Origin: Candidatus Nezhaarchaeales archaeon | Lineage (GTDB): Archaea > Thermoproteota > Methanomethylicia > Nezhaarchaeales > JAWCJE01 | Assembly (NCBI GenBank): GCA_038853715.1 | Contig: JAWCJE010000001.1 | Location: forward strand, 117,963 to 181,962 | Direction of reading: 5' to 3' | Length of the DNA stretch: 64,000 nucleotides | Shown: positions 39,674-48,283 of the stretch, piece by piece | How positions within the stretch are numbered: position 1 is the first letter of the stretch | Layout of the letters: every line of letters begins with the position of its first letter | Notes under the pieces: model-generated | Told to the model about the DNA's origin: nothing | Seen by the model: the letters and a program-made list of their open reading frames with translations, nothing else | The model's database searches: none | Program-made: the position numbers and the translations under genes

Positions 39674-40492
39674 TTAAGCGGTAATCGTAGTACCGAGCCC
39701 CCTAATCCCCATTAAAGCCTGCTTTAAAAGCCCGGGCTTTAACGCGTTAATAACCTCCGATTCCACCCCTAACTTAGCTAACTCGTATAGTTCAACCACC
39801 TTATGTAGCATACCGCCTGTAACGTCCGGAGAGGTTGAAGGTGTCATACTTTCCAATATGTTCGGCAGGTTGCTTGAACATACCTTCCTGATGAGCTTGG
39901 CGTCCGCGTACCTTTTAGGGTCCTTATCGTAGACGCCGTCAACGTCGGTACAAACGATAACCTTACTAGCACCTAGCTTAACGGCTAAATGCCTAATTAT
40001 CCTCTCAGTGGATATTATGGTGAAACCTAGCTCTTCATCCATTACGGCGTCGCCGAAGGGAACTGGTATTAAACGATGCTTTAAAAGGGCTTTAACGGGT
40101 TCCAAGAAGGAGGATACGATTACCCTGCGCCTAGCTATTAGGAAGGCTGATGGTTGAACTGATACCGCCGGTACTCCATGCCTTAATAGGCTGCTGACGA
40201 TTACCCGGTTTAAACTGGATGCGGCGTCCTGGGTTAAAGCGTAACCCAAAACGCTCCCCCTATGATTAACCCCCTCCTTTAACCCCTCATGAACCCCGTA
40301 CTTAGCCGCTATGGGGTGAGGGAAGGAGCCACCGCCGTGAGCTACTATTAACGCCCCATTGAACGATGCGTAAGCCTCCGATAACTCCATCGATAACCTA
40401 TCGATAACCTCGTAGTTAGCTTTGAAAGGCCTATCCTTAAAGGTTATTACGGACCCTCCAAGCTTAACCAAGATGAGGCCGGCCAGAACCAA
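39674..40492 (-). CDS. Amino-acid-kinase-family protein, probably isopentenyl phosphate kinase.
   Basis: 'LVKLGGSVIT' plus 'VAHGGGSFPHPIAAKYG' (IPK-type His motif) and a C-terminal 'VTGGM'. Confidence 0.6.
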   Translation of the reverse strand: MVLAGLILVKLGGSVITFKDRPFKANYEVIDRLSMELSEAYASFNGALIVAHGGGSFPHPIAAKYGVHEGLKEGVNHRGSVLGYALTQDAASSLNRVIVSSLLRHGVPAVSVQPSAFLIARRRVIVSSFLEPVKALLKHRLIPVPFGDAVMDEELGFTIISTERIIRHLAVKLGASKVIVCTDVDGVYDKDPKRYADAKLIRKVCSSNLPNILESMTPSTSPDVTGGMLHKVVELYELAKLGVESEVINALKPGLLKQALMGIRGLGTTITA

Positions 40493-40746
40493 CCCCCCCT
40501 AAAACCCGGGAAACAGGCCTTTTAAGTTATAAAGGAAGAAGGCAGGCGCTTCACCCACTACTTCAGAGGTCGTGAAAAGAAGCCGTCGTCTGAAGGCGCG
40601 TAAGCTTCAGGCGAACGAAGATTGCGCATCCAAAAACTTCAATCCCTCTTTAAAGAGGCCTCTAAGGGCGTAAACGTCGTAGGCCTTAACAGTTAAGGGC
40701 ACAACTTTAAATACGATACCTCCGAATCTTTATAGAGGCGAATGAA

Positions 40747-41586
40747 GTGGGGCCGTTAAAACGCGAAATCCTAGAGCTGCTAGATAAGGATTTAGAGTTC
40801 CGCTACGCGATCGCAGGATATCTAGGGTTATCTGAGGTCTTAAAGAGACTTAATGCCTTAGTCGAGGAACAAGTAAAGCTTAGGGAGGAACAAGTAAAGA
40901 TATGGAGGGAAATAGCGTCATTAAGGGAGGAACAAGCGAAGCTAAGCGAGGAACAAGTAAAGCTTAGGGAGGAACAAGTAAAGATATGGAGGGAAATAGC
41001 GTCATTAAGGGAGGAACAAGCGAAGCTAAGCGAGGAACAAGTAAAGCTTAGGGAGGAACAAGTAAAGATATGGAGGGAAATAGCGTCATTAAGGGAGGAA
41101 CAAGCGAAGCTAAGCGAGGAACAAGTAAAGCTTAGGGAGGACTTTAATAGGATGCTTGATGAACTCAAGCGTCTCAACGTTAGACTCAGCAGGGTTGAAA
41201 GAACGCTGGAGAAGCTTACCGTTGACGTTGAAGATGAGGCTAGGTCTGTCCTCAAGCATAAGCTTAAGGAGATGGGTATAAGCGTTGAGTTAACCTCTTT
41301 AACCCTTCCAGGATTAGAGCTTAATATTTACGGCGCTTCGAACGACGTCTGCCTAATCGGTGAAGCCACCGTTAGGGCTGGGGCAGACCTTGCGGATGAA
41401 CTACTAAGGAGGCTTGAGAGGCTTAAAAGGGATTACCCTGAAAAGCTTAGAAGGAAGGTCGTGCTCGCGATTTACACCTCATTACCCATGGCCGAGCTCG
41501 TGGAGAAGGCTAAGGAGAAAGGGATCTGGCTCCTAAAAGCCACAGAAGAATTTCATAAACCCGAAAAATTATTCATAGAGCTCTAA
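40747..41586 (+). CDS. Coiled-coil protein with three identical 28-aa repeats and a C-terminal alpha/beta domain (possible PD-(D/E)xK-like 'ELNIYGASNDVCLIGEATVR').
   Basis: The repeat 'EEQVKLREEQVKIWREIASLREEQAKLS' occurs three times. The C-terminal 150 aa is non-repetitive. Confidence 0.6.
   Translation: MGPLKREILELLDKDLEFRYAIAGYLGLSEVLKRLNALVEEQVKLREEQVKIWREIASLREEQAKLSEEQVKLREEQVKIWREIASLREEQAKLSEEQVKLREEQVKIWREIASLREEQAKLSEEQVKLREDFNRMLDELKRLNVRLSRVERTLEKLTVDVEDEARSVLKHKLKEMGISVELTSLTLPGLELNIYGASNDVCLIGEATVRAGADLADELLRRLERLKRDYPEKLRRKVVLAIYTSLPMAELVEKAKEKGIWLLKATEEFHKPEKLFIEL
40864..41141 (+). repeat. Perfect direct tandem repeat of 84 bp, 3.3 copies, inside the CDS.
   Basis: Units start at 40864, 40948 and 41032 and are identical at the nucleotide level. 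A partial fourth unit runs to about 41141. Confidence 0.9.
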
Positions 41587-41826
41587 AACATGAGGCATTA
41601 CGTAGGCCGCCCCATGAAATAGCTACACCCACTCCGACCTTAGCTACCTTCACGCTGACCGTTAAGAACCTCTAAGCACATATCGCCATGTGATAATGTT
41701 AAACCTTGAAGGCATGGGCTTCTCGGGGTGGAGCTCGTTAGAAGGGCTTAGTGATGCAACCCCGGATCTAGCAACGAACGGAACAATGGTATTCCTATTC
41801 GTTAAGGGTACAGGCGGAGACTATGG

Positions 41827-42045
41827 ATGAACACGTACTTTAACGGGTGGCAAGGATGGCAACAGGTACCGGGAGGGTTAACGGATGTAGGCCCGGCGGT
41901 AATGGCTTACGATGGTGGATTGATGCTCGTGGTTAAAGACGCGGGACTCGGAATATGGTACAACACCTACAACGGCTCATGGAGAGAGTGGACCCTAATA
42001 GACGGATTAACAAACACACAACCGGAACTAACACCAAGCCAATAA
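41827..42045 (+). CDS. Small Trp/Gly-rich hypothetical protein, possibly the distal part of a frameshifted beta-propeller/lectin-like gene.
   Basis: 72 aa ('WQGWQQVPGGLTDVGPAVMAYDGGLMLVVKDAGLGIWYNTYNGSWREWTLIDG'). An upstream 39-aa ORF in another frame (41706-41825) overlaps by 'atga' and would continue the same blade-like repeat. A T-rich palindrome follows the stop. Confidence 0.3.
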   Translation: MNTYFNGWQGWQQVPGGLTDVGPAVMAYDGGLMLVVKDAGLGIWYNTYNGSWREWTLIDGLTNTQPELTPSQ

Positions 42046-42070
42046 AAACACTCCTCTTTTTTAAAAAAAG

Positions 42071-42157
42071 GTTCGTCTGAAAACCCTAGGCTGATCTTGA
42101 AACCCTAACACGTTAAGTTAGCCGGTCAATTAGTTATTAGGAGTTTTCAGACGAGTT
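42071..42157. repeat. Inverted-repeat element copy B ('gttcgtctgaaaaccct' ... 'aggagttttcagacgagttc').
   Basis: IR arms of about 15-17 bp separated by roughly 50 bp. The spacer contains 'cggtcaattagttatt'. Related to copies A and C. Confidence 0.55.
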
Positions 42158-42285
42158 CTTTGCAACAGACTCTTTTAAAAGGAGTTAAAGATTGTATGGA
42201 AGAGCTAGTTAAGGAAGGCTATATTTTACAGCAAATTAGGCCGGGGATGAAACCATGTTAAGGCAGCCCGTTTCTTCAAGGTTTT

Positions 42286-42864
42286 TTACGTTGCCTCCAA
42301 TATCTTGTTTAACGTTTCAAATAGCTCCAGGTACCTTCCTTTGGCTTGGGATTGCCACCCTTTGAGGGCGTTGAATATGTTGCCTATATCGTAGACCGAG
42401 GTTGCTTCCCGAGGGAGGCCGTCCTCCTCGAGTAAGCGTTTAAGCTCCCGCTTTAACGCTTCCTTATCGCCGCCTAGATTATACGAAGTCGCTACCGCAA
42501 CTTCCGAAGGAGTGCAAGGCCCCTTCACCCATGTGAAGCCCGCGCGTTCCACCTTACCCGGTTCCATGAAAAACCTGGCTGCGCGTACCACTTGACTAAG
42601 AGCTTCTTTAAGCTTGCTTTGAAGCTTACTCACTTTAACCTCGGCTACCGCGAACTGCTTCTGGCTAGCTAAGGCAGAGGCCGCGTCAACCTCCAACTTG
42701 TCAATTTTTAGGGGGCCCCTCGTAGCCTTCCACACGGGCTTGGTTTGGCTGAGAACCCTGCCGAGCCACCAAATGCATAGCGGCTCTCCTAACGACGTTC
42801 GCACATGACCCGGGTTCCTTCTGAGAAACTTAGTAATCCACGGAATGCTTTCGGGCTTCGCCAC
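42286..42864 (-). CDS. Hypothetical protein.
   Basis: 192 aa (GTG start, with an in-frame stop 90 nt upstream). No motif recognised. Confidence 0.4.
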   Translation of the reverse strand: MAKPESIPWITKFLRRNPGHVRTSLGEPLCIWWLGRVLSQTKPVWKATRGPLKIDKLEVDAASALASQKQFAVAEVKVSKLQSKLKEALSQVVRAARFFMEPGKVERAGFTWVKGPCTPSEVAVATSYNLGGDKEALKRELKRLLEEDGLPREATSVYDIGNIFNALKGWQSQAKGRYLELFETLNKILEAT

Positions 42865-43072
42865 CTCGAAGAACGCTATCAGAACCTTCGTATGCCTTAG
42901 AAGCTCGTTCGTAAAGCCCTCGACGAGGACATCAAACTCGTCTACTTAGATACGTGTCCTTCAAGGATCGCGGAACTCCTTAGAGGATGAAGTGGGTTTT
43001 CCTGGAGGTTCGGCTATGCCCGGATAGCTAGAAAAGCACGGGGTTTTACATGGATTTTGACGTATTTAGTTA

Positions 43073-43387
43073 TTACTTCTTGTTTACGGAGACTTTATCC
43101 AATCCGAGTTCACTAATAACTCTTTTTCCCTTTGCGGTTAAACGGAACATTGAAATTTTCTTACTTCTTCTCTTGTACTCACTTTCAACTAATCCGACAT
43201 CCTTCAGTACACCTAGATGATAAGCAAGCAATCCCTTTTCAATGCTAGTTTCCCTCGCAAGATCATTAAAGGCTATATTTGGTTTATTAGATAACGTAAT
43301 TAAAATGTTAAGCCTACAATCGTTATCTAATGCTCTGTAGACCTTTAATTTTTCACGCAACTCCATATTTACGGACGGTTTCTCCAT
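43073..43387 (-). CDS. ArsR/SmtB-like winged-HTH transcriptional regulator (low-GC islet).
   Basis: 104 aa. 'LDNDCRLNILITLSNKPNIAFNDLARETSIEKGLLAYHLGVLKDVGLV' is a typical ArsR-type HTH. Local GC is about 37%, against about 50% in the flanks. Confidence 0.6.
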   Translation of the reverse strand: MEKPSVNMELREKLKVYRALDNDCRLNILITLSNKPNIAFNDLARETSIEKGLLAYHLGVLKDVGLVESEYKRRSKKISMFRLTAKGKRVISELGLDKVSVNKK

Positions 43388-43459
43388 TTAAACCATCCCG
43401 TGGAGGTATTTCCCTCTAAATGATTAGCGCTACAGGTATAAAATTTTTTCTCTGATAAA

Positions 43460-44002
43460 TCATATTTTACCTAATGCTACCAATTTTCTATACCGCATGG
43501 TTATTGTAATGACTATTCTTTCGGAAGTAGGAAAGACGCTTTTGCCCTCATCATCGTAAGCGTAAACATGTCCATACTTCACTACATGATTCAGGTATAC
43601 GTCCGTTAAGTAACCGGTAGAGTTCCCATATATAGGATGGTATTCGTATGGAGTAAGTACTCTAAGCTTCGGGGCAATATTCCTCTTATCATGAAATTGT
43701 ACGAATTCGGTAACAGATCCCCAGGATGTTGTGTCAACAAATATTAAATCCACGTCGGCTCTTTCTAAAACAGCCTCCTCGATTAAACTTGGTGCCACAT
43801 CATCGGAAACAAAGTCATCTTCAGGTATTAAACTAAGTATTCCTTGTTCTTCGAGCATTCTATCAAGCTTTCTTCTTTTTTCAAGCCCCTCTCCTCCCGC
43901 TCCCAATAATACTACGATTATGCATGTCTCCTGTACGCGTTGTTCTAATTCTTGTCTCGTTTTCTGAATATATTCCCTCGCTTCTTGAAGACTTTTAAAC
44001 AT
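43460..44002 (-). CDS. Hypothetical alpha/beta (Rossmann-like) protein in the low-GC islet.
   Basis: 180 aa with a 'CIIVVLLGAGGEG' strand-loop and 'VDLIFVDTTSWGS'. No confident family. Confidence 0.4.
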   Translation of the reverse strand: MFKSLQEAREYIQKTRQELEQRVQETCIIVVLLGAGGEGLEKRRKLDRMLEEQGILSLIPEDDFVSDDVAPSLIEEAVLERADVDLIFVDTTSWGSVTEFVQFHDKRNIAPKLRVLTPYEYHPIYGNSTGYLTDVYLNHVVKYGHVYAYDDEGKSVFPTSERIVITITMRYRKLVALGKI

Positions 44003-44211
44003 TTAAATAGACCTCTTTGAGGGAATTCAAAGAAAATGGAATTCGTCTTAAAAAACATTTCCCTTACTCCTACCAAGCTCTTCAAGTACAGCTTTCCGCT
44101 GCTTTTCTATAAAGCCTTCGAAAGGCTTAAGAGGAAGATTGAAGCCTGCTTTAAACCCTAAAATTTTTTCTCGGTGCTTATCGCGGTAGCTACGCGAGAA
44201 GGTGTTAAGCC

Positions 44212-44937
44212 GTGAGGGTTATACCGGTGATGGACTTGTCCAACGGCGTCGTTGTTCACGCTGTTAAGGGTGAGAGGGAGAAGTATAAGCCGTTGAGGAG
44301 TAGGATTTGCCCTAGCTCTAACCCGGTGGAGGTTGCGCTTGCCTTTAAATCGTTAGGCCTTAAGGAGCTGTACGTGGCCGACCTGGACATGATACGCGGT
44401 AGGGGCAGGAACCTGAACCTGCTCCCCACCATTAAGGGGTTGACAGGGTTAAGGATTATGGTTGACGCCGGCGTAAATAGCGCGGCGGAGGCTGAGGAGG
44501 TTTTAAGGAGTGGGGCTTCAAAGGTTGTTGTAGGCACGGAGACGTTGAGGGGGCTTAACGAGTTAAGGGAAATACTGGAGGCGGTTGGTAGCGATAGGGT
44601 TGCTGTTAGCGTGGATTTAAAGTTTGGCAGCATAATTTCGTTAAGCACGGAGTTAAGCGGTATGGGGCCCCTTAACCTCGCTAAGACGCTTCAAGAAGTA
44701 GGGGTTGGGGAGCTTATAGTCCTTGAGCTTACGAGGGTTGGTAGTAGGCTGGGCCCAGACGTAGAGTTAGCCGAGCTCGTAGTAGGGGCGGTTACCGTCC
44801 CGGTTATCGTAGGCGGAGGCATACGGAGCGTTAACGATATCCTCGAGCTTTTAAGAGTGGGCGTATCCGGGGTTTTGGTGGCGACGGTCCTACACGATGG
44901 GGCGTTAAAAGCCGAGGATCTAGCCCGTATATTATAG
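44212..44937 (+). CDS. HisA/HisF-family (beta/alpha)8-barrel protein lying outside a his operon.
   Basis: 'VIPVMDLSNGVVVHAVKG' N-terminal and C-terminal 'VIVGGGIRSVNDI' phosphate-binding motifs. Confidence 0.6.
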   Translation: MRVIPVMDLSNGVVVHAVKGEREKYKPLRSRICPSSNPVEVALAFKSLGLKELYVADLDMIRGRGRNLNLLPTIKGLTGLRIMVDAGVNSAAEAEEVLRSGASKVVVGTETLRGLNELREILEAVGSDRVAVSVDLKFGSIISLSTELSGMGPLNLAKTLQEVGVGELIVLELTRVGSRLGPDVELAELVVGAVTVPVIVGGGIRSVNDILELLRVGVSGVLVATVLHDGALKAEDLARIL

Positions 44938-45041
44938 CCTGTTAAGCGCGGTTTTAAGCGTTCCCGGCTTCCTTAACCGTAAGGAATTTATATTGAAGCA
45001 ACCTCTTCAGGTCTCGGTGTTAAAAGGCAAGGGAGGGAGGT

Positions 45042-46388
45042 GTGATGGAGAAGGTTAGGTACTGGGATCCTAAAGTGGAGCTAATGTCCGTCGAGGAAAT
45101 GAGGAAGCTGCAGTTAAAACGGTTAAAAGCAGTCCTTAACTACGTTTACGAGCGTAGCGCTTTCTACCGTAGGAAGTTTGATCAGGCCGGGGTTAAACCA
45201 GATGACCTTAAAACCCTTGAAGACTTAAGGAAGTTCCCCTTCACCGTTAAGGACGATCTAAGGGAGTATGGCTATCCGCATGGAGGTGACTTCAGGTGTG
45301 TACCTATGGATGCTACTCCATACTTCCATTGTACCTCGGGGACCACTGGTAAGCCTACGGTAATGTACTATACGGAGAAGGATAAGGGGACTTGGGAGGA
45401 TTTAGGGGCGCGCTCATTAACCGCCGCTGGCGTTAGGAAGGGTGACATAATGCTGAACTGCTACGGCTACGGTCTATTTACCGGTGGATTAGGATTCCAT
45501 TACGCTGGTATTAGGGTTGGGGCGGTCGTAATACCTTGGAGCGTGGGGAGGACGGAGGCTATGATACAGGCGTTGAAGGACTTCAAGGTAACAGTATTAA
45601 CCGGAACCCCGTCGTACGAATACTACATAGGCGAAGTCATCGGTAAGATGGGCCTTGACCCCGTTAAGGACTTATACTTAAGGGTAGCGCTACCTGGAGC
45701 TGAAACGTGGACCGAGGATATGAGGAGGAGGATTGAGGAGAGCTTGGGGCTAAAGGCCCATGGTGGTGGAGCCGTTAACTGCTACGGTCTAGCCGAGATG
45801 GGCGGCCCCTTCGTGGGTATGGAGTGCGTTTACGAGAAGGGGGTACACCTATGGGTTGACAGCTACTACGTTGAGGTAATAGATCCTGAAACCGGTGAAG
45901 CCTTAGAGCCTGAAGAGGAGGGGGAACTCGTATTTACGAACATGGCTTATGAGGGGATGCCGATAATACGCTACAGGACTAGGGACATAACCAAGCTGAT
46001 AGTGGACCCATGCGAATGTGGTAGAAAGGCGTTTCCACGCTTCCCTAGGATCGTGGGGAGGACCGATGACTCCTTCTCGTATAAGGGTACGAAGATATTC
46101 CCATCGGCCGTTCACGAAGCCGTTATGAAGTTCCCAGAGGTACAGGAGTTTCAAATAGTGGTTGATAAAACAGTGATGCCATACACGATGGTCATAAGGG
46201 TGGAGGTACCGAAGGATAAGCAGACTCCTGAGTTAAAGGAGAGGATCGAGAGGGAGCTTGATAGAACGTTATTCGTGGCTCCACCAGTAGAGATAGTGGA
46301 CGTAGGCGTCCTTCCAAGGTTTGAAGGTAAAGCTAAACGCGTCATATTTAAAGAGCCCGCTAAACCTGAAGAGCTAAAAATTAGGTAA
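45042..46388 (+). CDS. Phenylacetate-CoA ligase-like / coenzyme F390 synthetase-family adenylating enzyme.
   Basis: 448 aa with 'TSGTTGKPTV', 'YGLAEMGG' and PaaK-type C-terminal regions. Confidence 0.8.
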   Translation: MMEKVRYWDPKVELMSVEEMRKLQLKRLKAVLNYVYERSAFYRRKFDQAGVKPDDLKTLEDLRKFPFTVKDDLREYGYPHGGDFRCVPMDATPYFHCTSGTTGKPTVMYYTEKDKGTWEDLGARSLTAAGVRKGDIMLNCYGYGLFTGGLGFHYAGIRVGAVVIPWSVGRTEAMIQALKDFKVTVLTGTPSYEYYIGEVIGKMGLDPVKDLYLRVALPGAETWTEDMRRRIEESLGLKAHGGGAVNCYGLAEMGGPFVGMECVYEKGVHLWVDSYYVEVIDPETGEALEPEEEGELVFTNMAYEGMPIIRYRTRDITKLIVDPCECGRKAFPRFPRIVGRTDDSFSYKGTKIFPSAVHEAVMKFPEVQEFQIVVDKTVMPYTMVIRVEVPKDKQTPELKERIERELDRTLFVAPPVEIVDVGVLPRFEGKAKRVIFKEPAKPEELKIR

Positions 46389-46470
46389 AGCTAAACACTC
46401 CATCCTTTATTTTCCCCCGGTAAAGACGAGTTTTACGAAGTATCGACGCTTAAACATTATTAGTTTAAGC

Positions 46471-46573
46471 GTTGCTTTGTGGCTTAATTCCTAGCCCTAC
46501 ATTAACTCCACATGAGTTAACGTGAGGTATTTAATGTGGGATTAGTGAGGAGTACATAATTAAGCCACAAAGC
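46471..46573 (+). ncRNA. Copy 1 of a roughly 103-nt structured element (16-bp terminal stem 'GCUUUGUGGCUUAAUU'/'AAUUAAGCCACAAAGC' plus internal hairpins). It is a candidate small RNA or MITE.
   Basis: About 92% identical to 57444-57546. The differences keep the base-pairing intact (a t>c / a>g pair in the outer stem, and U.G to C-G or C-G to U.G changes in the inner stems). It is flanked by the palindromes 'gcttaaac...gtttaagc' and 'aagcgtttaaacgctt'. Confidence 0.5.
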
Positions 46574-46824
46574 ATAAGCGTTTAAACGCTTCGCTAGGTG
46601 TTAACCGTTGGGTTACGCCTTTATCTTCCTTAAAGGTTGGAAGCTTAAAATCTTAAGCGAAGCTAATTTAAGCTTAGAAAAGTAACGGCGCTGGACTTCG
46701 ATAGGTTTTAACGTCGTTGGCTTAAACCCTAACTCCCGTTTTAACTAAGGTTAAAGGTAAGCTTTTAGTAGTAAAGGCCTTAAAGATGTTTTGGCGCCTT
46801 TAACCGTTAAAGGCTGGGGGCTTC

Positions 46825-47316
46825 ATGATCTTCGAAGTTATAGTTAGGGCCTTAATCCATGATGGTGAAGGGAGAATCCTCATAGGTAGGAAGAGGCGGG
46901 ATATACCTCACCCCCTTCAAGGCCGATGGCATTTTATAGGTGGAAGACTGGAGTACGATGAAGACCCTTGGAACGCCGTAGTAAGGGAGGTTGAAGAGGA
47001 GGTTGGGATTAAGGTGCGCCCGGTTAGGCTGATAGACGCCTACCCCGAATTCTTGGTTTGGCCGATGGAAAGCGGTATACCCTCCCAGTATACTTTACAT
47101 TTAGTCTTTGAATGTATGGCTACTACGCTGGAAACAGTTAAACCTAGCGATGACGTGGAGGAGGCTAAATGGATTAGAGTTGAGGAGTTAAGGGACTATC
47201 TAGATGATAGAGAATCGTTGCTTCGTTCAAGTAGGGTGGTTAGCTTTATAGAGTTATTGAAGGGGCGGGGCGATGCCATGCCTTTAAGCAGTATAGAGGG
47301 GTTGGGGGATCGTTAA
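46825..47316 (+). CDS. NUDIX hydrolase.
   Basis: Nudix box 'GGRLEYDEDPWNAVVREVEEEVGI'. Confidence 0.8.
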   Translation: MIFEVIVRALIHDGEGRILIGRKRRDIPHPLQGRWHFIGGRLEYDEDPWNAVVREVEEEVGIKVRPVRLIDAYPEFLVWPMESGIPSQYTLHLVFECMATTLETVKPSDDVEEAKWIRVEELRDYLDDRESLLRSSRVVSFIELLKGRGDAMPLSSIEGLGDR

Positions 47317-47317
47317 A

Positions 47318-48088
47318 GTGAAGCTAGGCGTCTCCATACTACCCTTCATAGATAAACCCTTTAAAGAGGCCGTTAGCTTCATCAGCGAGGCCGGAGTAAC
47401 GCATCTAGAGCTACTGGATGAAGCTAGGATTAGGCTAAATAAGGAAAGGATAAGGGTTCTAGAGCAGCTTAAATCCACGCTTAACCTAAACTATACGCTT
47501 CACGCGCCCTTCGTAGATATAAACGTAGCTTCGTTCAACCCATACATGAGGCTGGCCGCCTTAAGGTATTTAGAGTCATCGCTCCATCACGCTAGTAAGT
47601 TGGAATGCGCGATCTGGGTATTACACGCCGGTTATTATCCGCATCCGAAGACGGTTAAGCGGGCTTACGAGATAAGCTTAAAGTCGATAGAATACCTAGC
47701 TAGGAAGGCTGAGGGGCTAGGTTTAACTGTAGCGGTTGAAAACGGCTCTACGGATTTCAACTACCTCTTCGTTAAAGCCGAGGATTTTGAAAGGTATTTT
47801 CAAAGGCTTGAAGGGCTTAATAACGTTAAGGTATGCCTTGACGTAGGGCACGCGAATACAGCTGGCCAGATTAATGAGTTCTTAAAGCGTTTATCGAGTC
47901 GGATAGCTCACGTACACGTACACGATAACCATGGATCCTCCGATGAACATCTACCGTTATATGAGGGGAACGTGGATTGGAAGGGGTTTCTAACCGAGCT
48001 TTCACGTTTAGGCTTTGAAGGGGTTGTGGTCGTTGAAACTATGAGTAATCCCCTTAAGAGCCTTCAACTCCTAGAAAGCCTACTGTAA
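47318..48088 (+). CDS. Sugar phosphate isomerase/epimerase (xylose-isomerase-like TIM barrel).
   Basis: 256 aa with 'HVHVHDNHG' and 'LHAPF' motifs. Confidence 0.7.
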   Translation: MKLGVSILPFIDKPFKEAVSFISEAGVTHLELLDEARIRLNKERIRVLEQLKSTLNLNYTLHAPFVDINVASFNPYMRLAALRYLESSLHHASKLECAIWVLHAGYYPHPKTVKRAYEISLKSIEYLARKAEGLGLTVAVENGSTDFNYLFVKAEDFERYFQRLEGLNNVKVCLDVGHANTAGQINEFLKRLSSRIAHVHVHDNHGSSDEHLPLYEGNVDWKGFLTELSRLGFEGVVVVETMSNPLKSLQLLESLL

Positions 48089-48283
48089 CCTATTCAGCCG
48101 ATACCTTTAACCCTGCATGTAAGCGTATTTCGATCATCGGCGTAATAGGTTCTACTACGCCTTTTAAAGAAGCGACGCGAATACGTACTGGTTAGGCCGT
48201 TTCCGTTAAACGTGTTCGAGCTAAGTAGGTTAACGAGGTAGGCTTTTTAGCTTGCCTTACGTTCTTACTACGGTGCTTAAATA

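Noticed and set aside
38105-40492. Interpreting the surE, hypothetical and IPK-like operon as a methanopterin or other cofactor biosynthesis module (MfnE/MfnB-like).
   Set aside because: The 249-aa protein does not visibly match MfnB/ComA motifs, and the kinase has an IPK-like His motif. There is insufficient evidence beyond co-orientation.
40803-41255. 150-aa minus-strand ORF across the 84-bp tandem repeats.
   Set aside because: It is an artefact of the repeat: the same Ser/Cys-rich unit is repeated. The plus-strand coiled-coil gene has a coherent start, a C-terminal domain and a promoter context.
41100-41586. Assigning the C-terminal domain of the coiled-coil protein to a named DUF or nuclease family.
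   Set aside because: Only a weak E...D...E-x-T pattern is visible. That is not enough to name a family without a profile search.
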